DNA of 64,000 bases from Schmidtea nova. Its lineage: Eukaryota. Location: positions 555,458,001 through 555,522,000 of the forward strand of contig CM097882.1 in the NCBI GenBank assembly GCA_044892505.1, written 5' to 3'. This document shows, one piece after another, positions 61,939-64,000 of the stretch (the first letter of the stretch is position 1; every line of letters begins with the position of its first letter). Under the pieces are notes generated by a model. It saw only the letters and a list, made by a program, of their open reading frames with translations. It did not search any database and was not told the DNA's origin. The translations under genes and the position numbers were made by a program.

Positions 61939-62339
61939 GTTCTATCTTAAAGATGATAAATATCAAATTGGTTAATTTAATATGTTTGTCTGCATTTCTT
62001 TTCAAACTATAGATCAATATTGGTTTTAGTATTTAAACCAGCGGCACACACAGAGGAAGTGGGTATGTATATTAAACATTGAGGTTTATTCGGATTCCGT
62101 ATGCATATCTTGAAAAAAATATGATTGGCTGATTTTTTTAAAATTAATAAATAAAGAGATGAGTAAGTTAGAACATCAAAATGAAGAAAGAAAATTAGAA
62201 AAATACTCATAATGGCATCAAATTTTTAATGTAATTTGTAAAAAGTAATTTTTAATATTTTTCTAAAAATGTAGATTGCAAACCGAAAAAAAGTTAAAAG
62301 ACGAATGTCTATCAATACAAGTGCGGATTTCTTTTAAGC

Positions 62340-63200
62340 TATGGTATACAAACTGGAAAAGATCAACCATTATCATGATCTATTTATGGCGTCCACCCGT
62401 CAAGTTGGTGATATTTTAAATATTTTTAATTTGTGTCTGGATTATTCGTTTTAATCGTCCGTTGCAGCACTTCGTTCCTTTGAGCTCATTAAAAAAATAC
62501 ATAACATTTTCCACAATGCCTAAATAGTTTCTACCAAACTGTATGTTAATTGCCCTTCCTATGGCTAAATTCAAGCTATGTGCGGAACACTGTACATATA
62601 ATGCCTTTAAAATGAGTGACGATATTTAGATTAATATCTGTTTACATATTGCAGTTTTTGATTATAATATAATTTGGAAATAGCGTGTTATATTTAATGA
62701 TTATTAATAGAAATGTTACTAAAAGAATTTTGGATCAGCGCTCGTGCTTCATTTAATTTTCAATTCATCATAGCTGCACCATCATAACCTTGGCCACATA
62801 GATAATGAAGTTCAATTTCAAATATATTTAAATTTTCTATTAGCACATCCGGAATGCTTGACTTAAAGTTCAGTGTAAGAAGTGTTTGTGAATTTTCATT
62901 TAGTTTTCACTATAATATCTAATATAGAGAAAAAACTGATCAATGTAAGAAATGTCTTTTGTTTCGTTGGTCAAAATTGAAAAACATTTCACTGCATTAA
63001 CATTATTCCCCAATTTAGTTAAAACGAGAAAACAGAGTCAACTTCTGAAAGTACTTGAAACGCACCGACGACCTTCAGAATTTCCCCTACTTGTTAGTAA
63101 AGATCATAAAACTGTTAAAATCGAGCAAGAAAAGAATGCTTCATGTTCGCAGCTTGAAGGGCTCGTAACAAATAAACGAACCTTCAAGCATGTTTAAAAA
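62340..63200 (-). pseudogene. hAT transposase remnant (Tip100/ZMYM1-like)
   Basis: Minus-strand translation KCFSILTNETKDISYIDQFFLYIRY, CGQGYDGAAMM and ALYVQCSAHSLNLAI matches the hAT FSI..DE..D, GQ.YDGA and HC.AH.LNL motifs. Many lesions. Confidence 0.8.
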
Positions 63201-63577
63201 ATTGTTTCTCGGAATTTTTGTCCTTTCAATCAACGGAATAGTAAACAGTTAAATAAGGAACTAATTTTATAAACATTACATAATTGTTTAAATTAAAGCA
63301 AGTGTTCATATTTTATATAAACTTGTTTGAATTGTATTTTTTTTTCAATTTTTATTTAATTATAGATTTCATAATATGGAAAACCTTGGGGATGGTAGGT
63401 GTAGCTCGCTAGTTCCCCCTTGGGCGCGTCACTGATTTAACACAAATTTTTGGTACTGTCTTCTTTAAGTGTTTTTAATGAAAAACAATTCAAATGATTT
63501 AATAAATGAAATGGAAAAAAAGAATCAAAATTAACGAAAATTAAGGATTTTAAAACACATAAGAATATTTTAATATA

Positions 63578-63720
63578 CAGTCGATTCCGCTTAATTGGGA
63601 CACCGCTTAATTGGGGCAGCCGCTTATTTGGGACAAATCTCAAAGACCCGAAACCAAACCCTATAAACAATAGTAAAATTATATCTTTAATTGGGACAAC
63701 ATTCCGCTTAATTGGGACAG
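63578..63720 (+). mobile_element. Left end of a pogo/Tigger-like element with repeated CCGCTTAATTGGGACA boxes
   Basis: TA then CAGTCGATTCCGCTTAATTGGGACA, with the subterminal box repeated 4-5 times. The right end is not seen in the window. Confidence 0.6.
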
Positions 63721-64000
63721 TAAATTTAAGATATGTGCACATACATTTTTTAAGGTTAGTTCTTTATTAACAAAAAATTTTATGTTAATTTATTTTAACG
63801 ACTAATCAACATAATAGAAAATATTGAGGCTTACCGGTTAAAGTAATTATGATAATAAAGTAATTTAGATGATGATAAAGTAATTTTAATTTTTTAAAAG
63901 TAATTTTAATAATTTTAAAGTAAAATAAAATAATTATAAAGATTTATTCCATTGTTTAAATATTCTCAAGAAAAAAATTTATACAAAAAAATTTTATATT

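Noticed and set aside
1-64000. tRNA, rRNA or other structured RNA genes
   Set aside because: No cloverleaf with A/B boxes or rRNA-like conserved blocks recognised by eye; a covariance-model search would be needed to exclude small ncRNAs.

Overview
AT-rich eukaryotic (invertebrate animal) genomic DNA with several N gaps. Almost the whole window lies inside one very large minus-strand gene of the titin/twitchin family; neither end of the gene is in the window. I traced 39 exons or exon parts by hand (about 30.6 kb, about 10,200 codons), with GT-AG boundaries and matching phases except where N gaps intervene. Order in the direction of transcription: Ig array, a 10.6-kb exon of glutamate-rich ~186-aa repeats, Ig/FN3 super-repeats, then a degenerate FN3 array. 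No kinase domain is in view. Most introns are 44-60 nt. The few long introns are filled with transposon relics: a Polinton/Maverick-type PolB pseudogene between 41-bp inverted repeats, a deleted piggyBac, a compact Ty3/Gypsy LTR element, a mariner, Tc1 and hAT transposase remnants, and many MITEs. The most unusual signal is the primer-binding site of the Gypsy element: it lacks the canonical TGG start and is exactly complementary to the 5' end (nt 1-12) of metazoan tRNA-Lys(UUU), which would imply priming by a short 5' tRNA fragment. No rRNA, tRNA genes or CRISPR arrays were seen. Exon coordinates are manual, and nothing was checked against databases.
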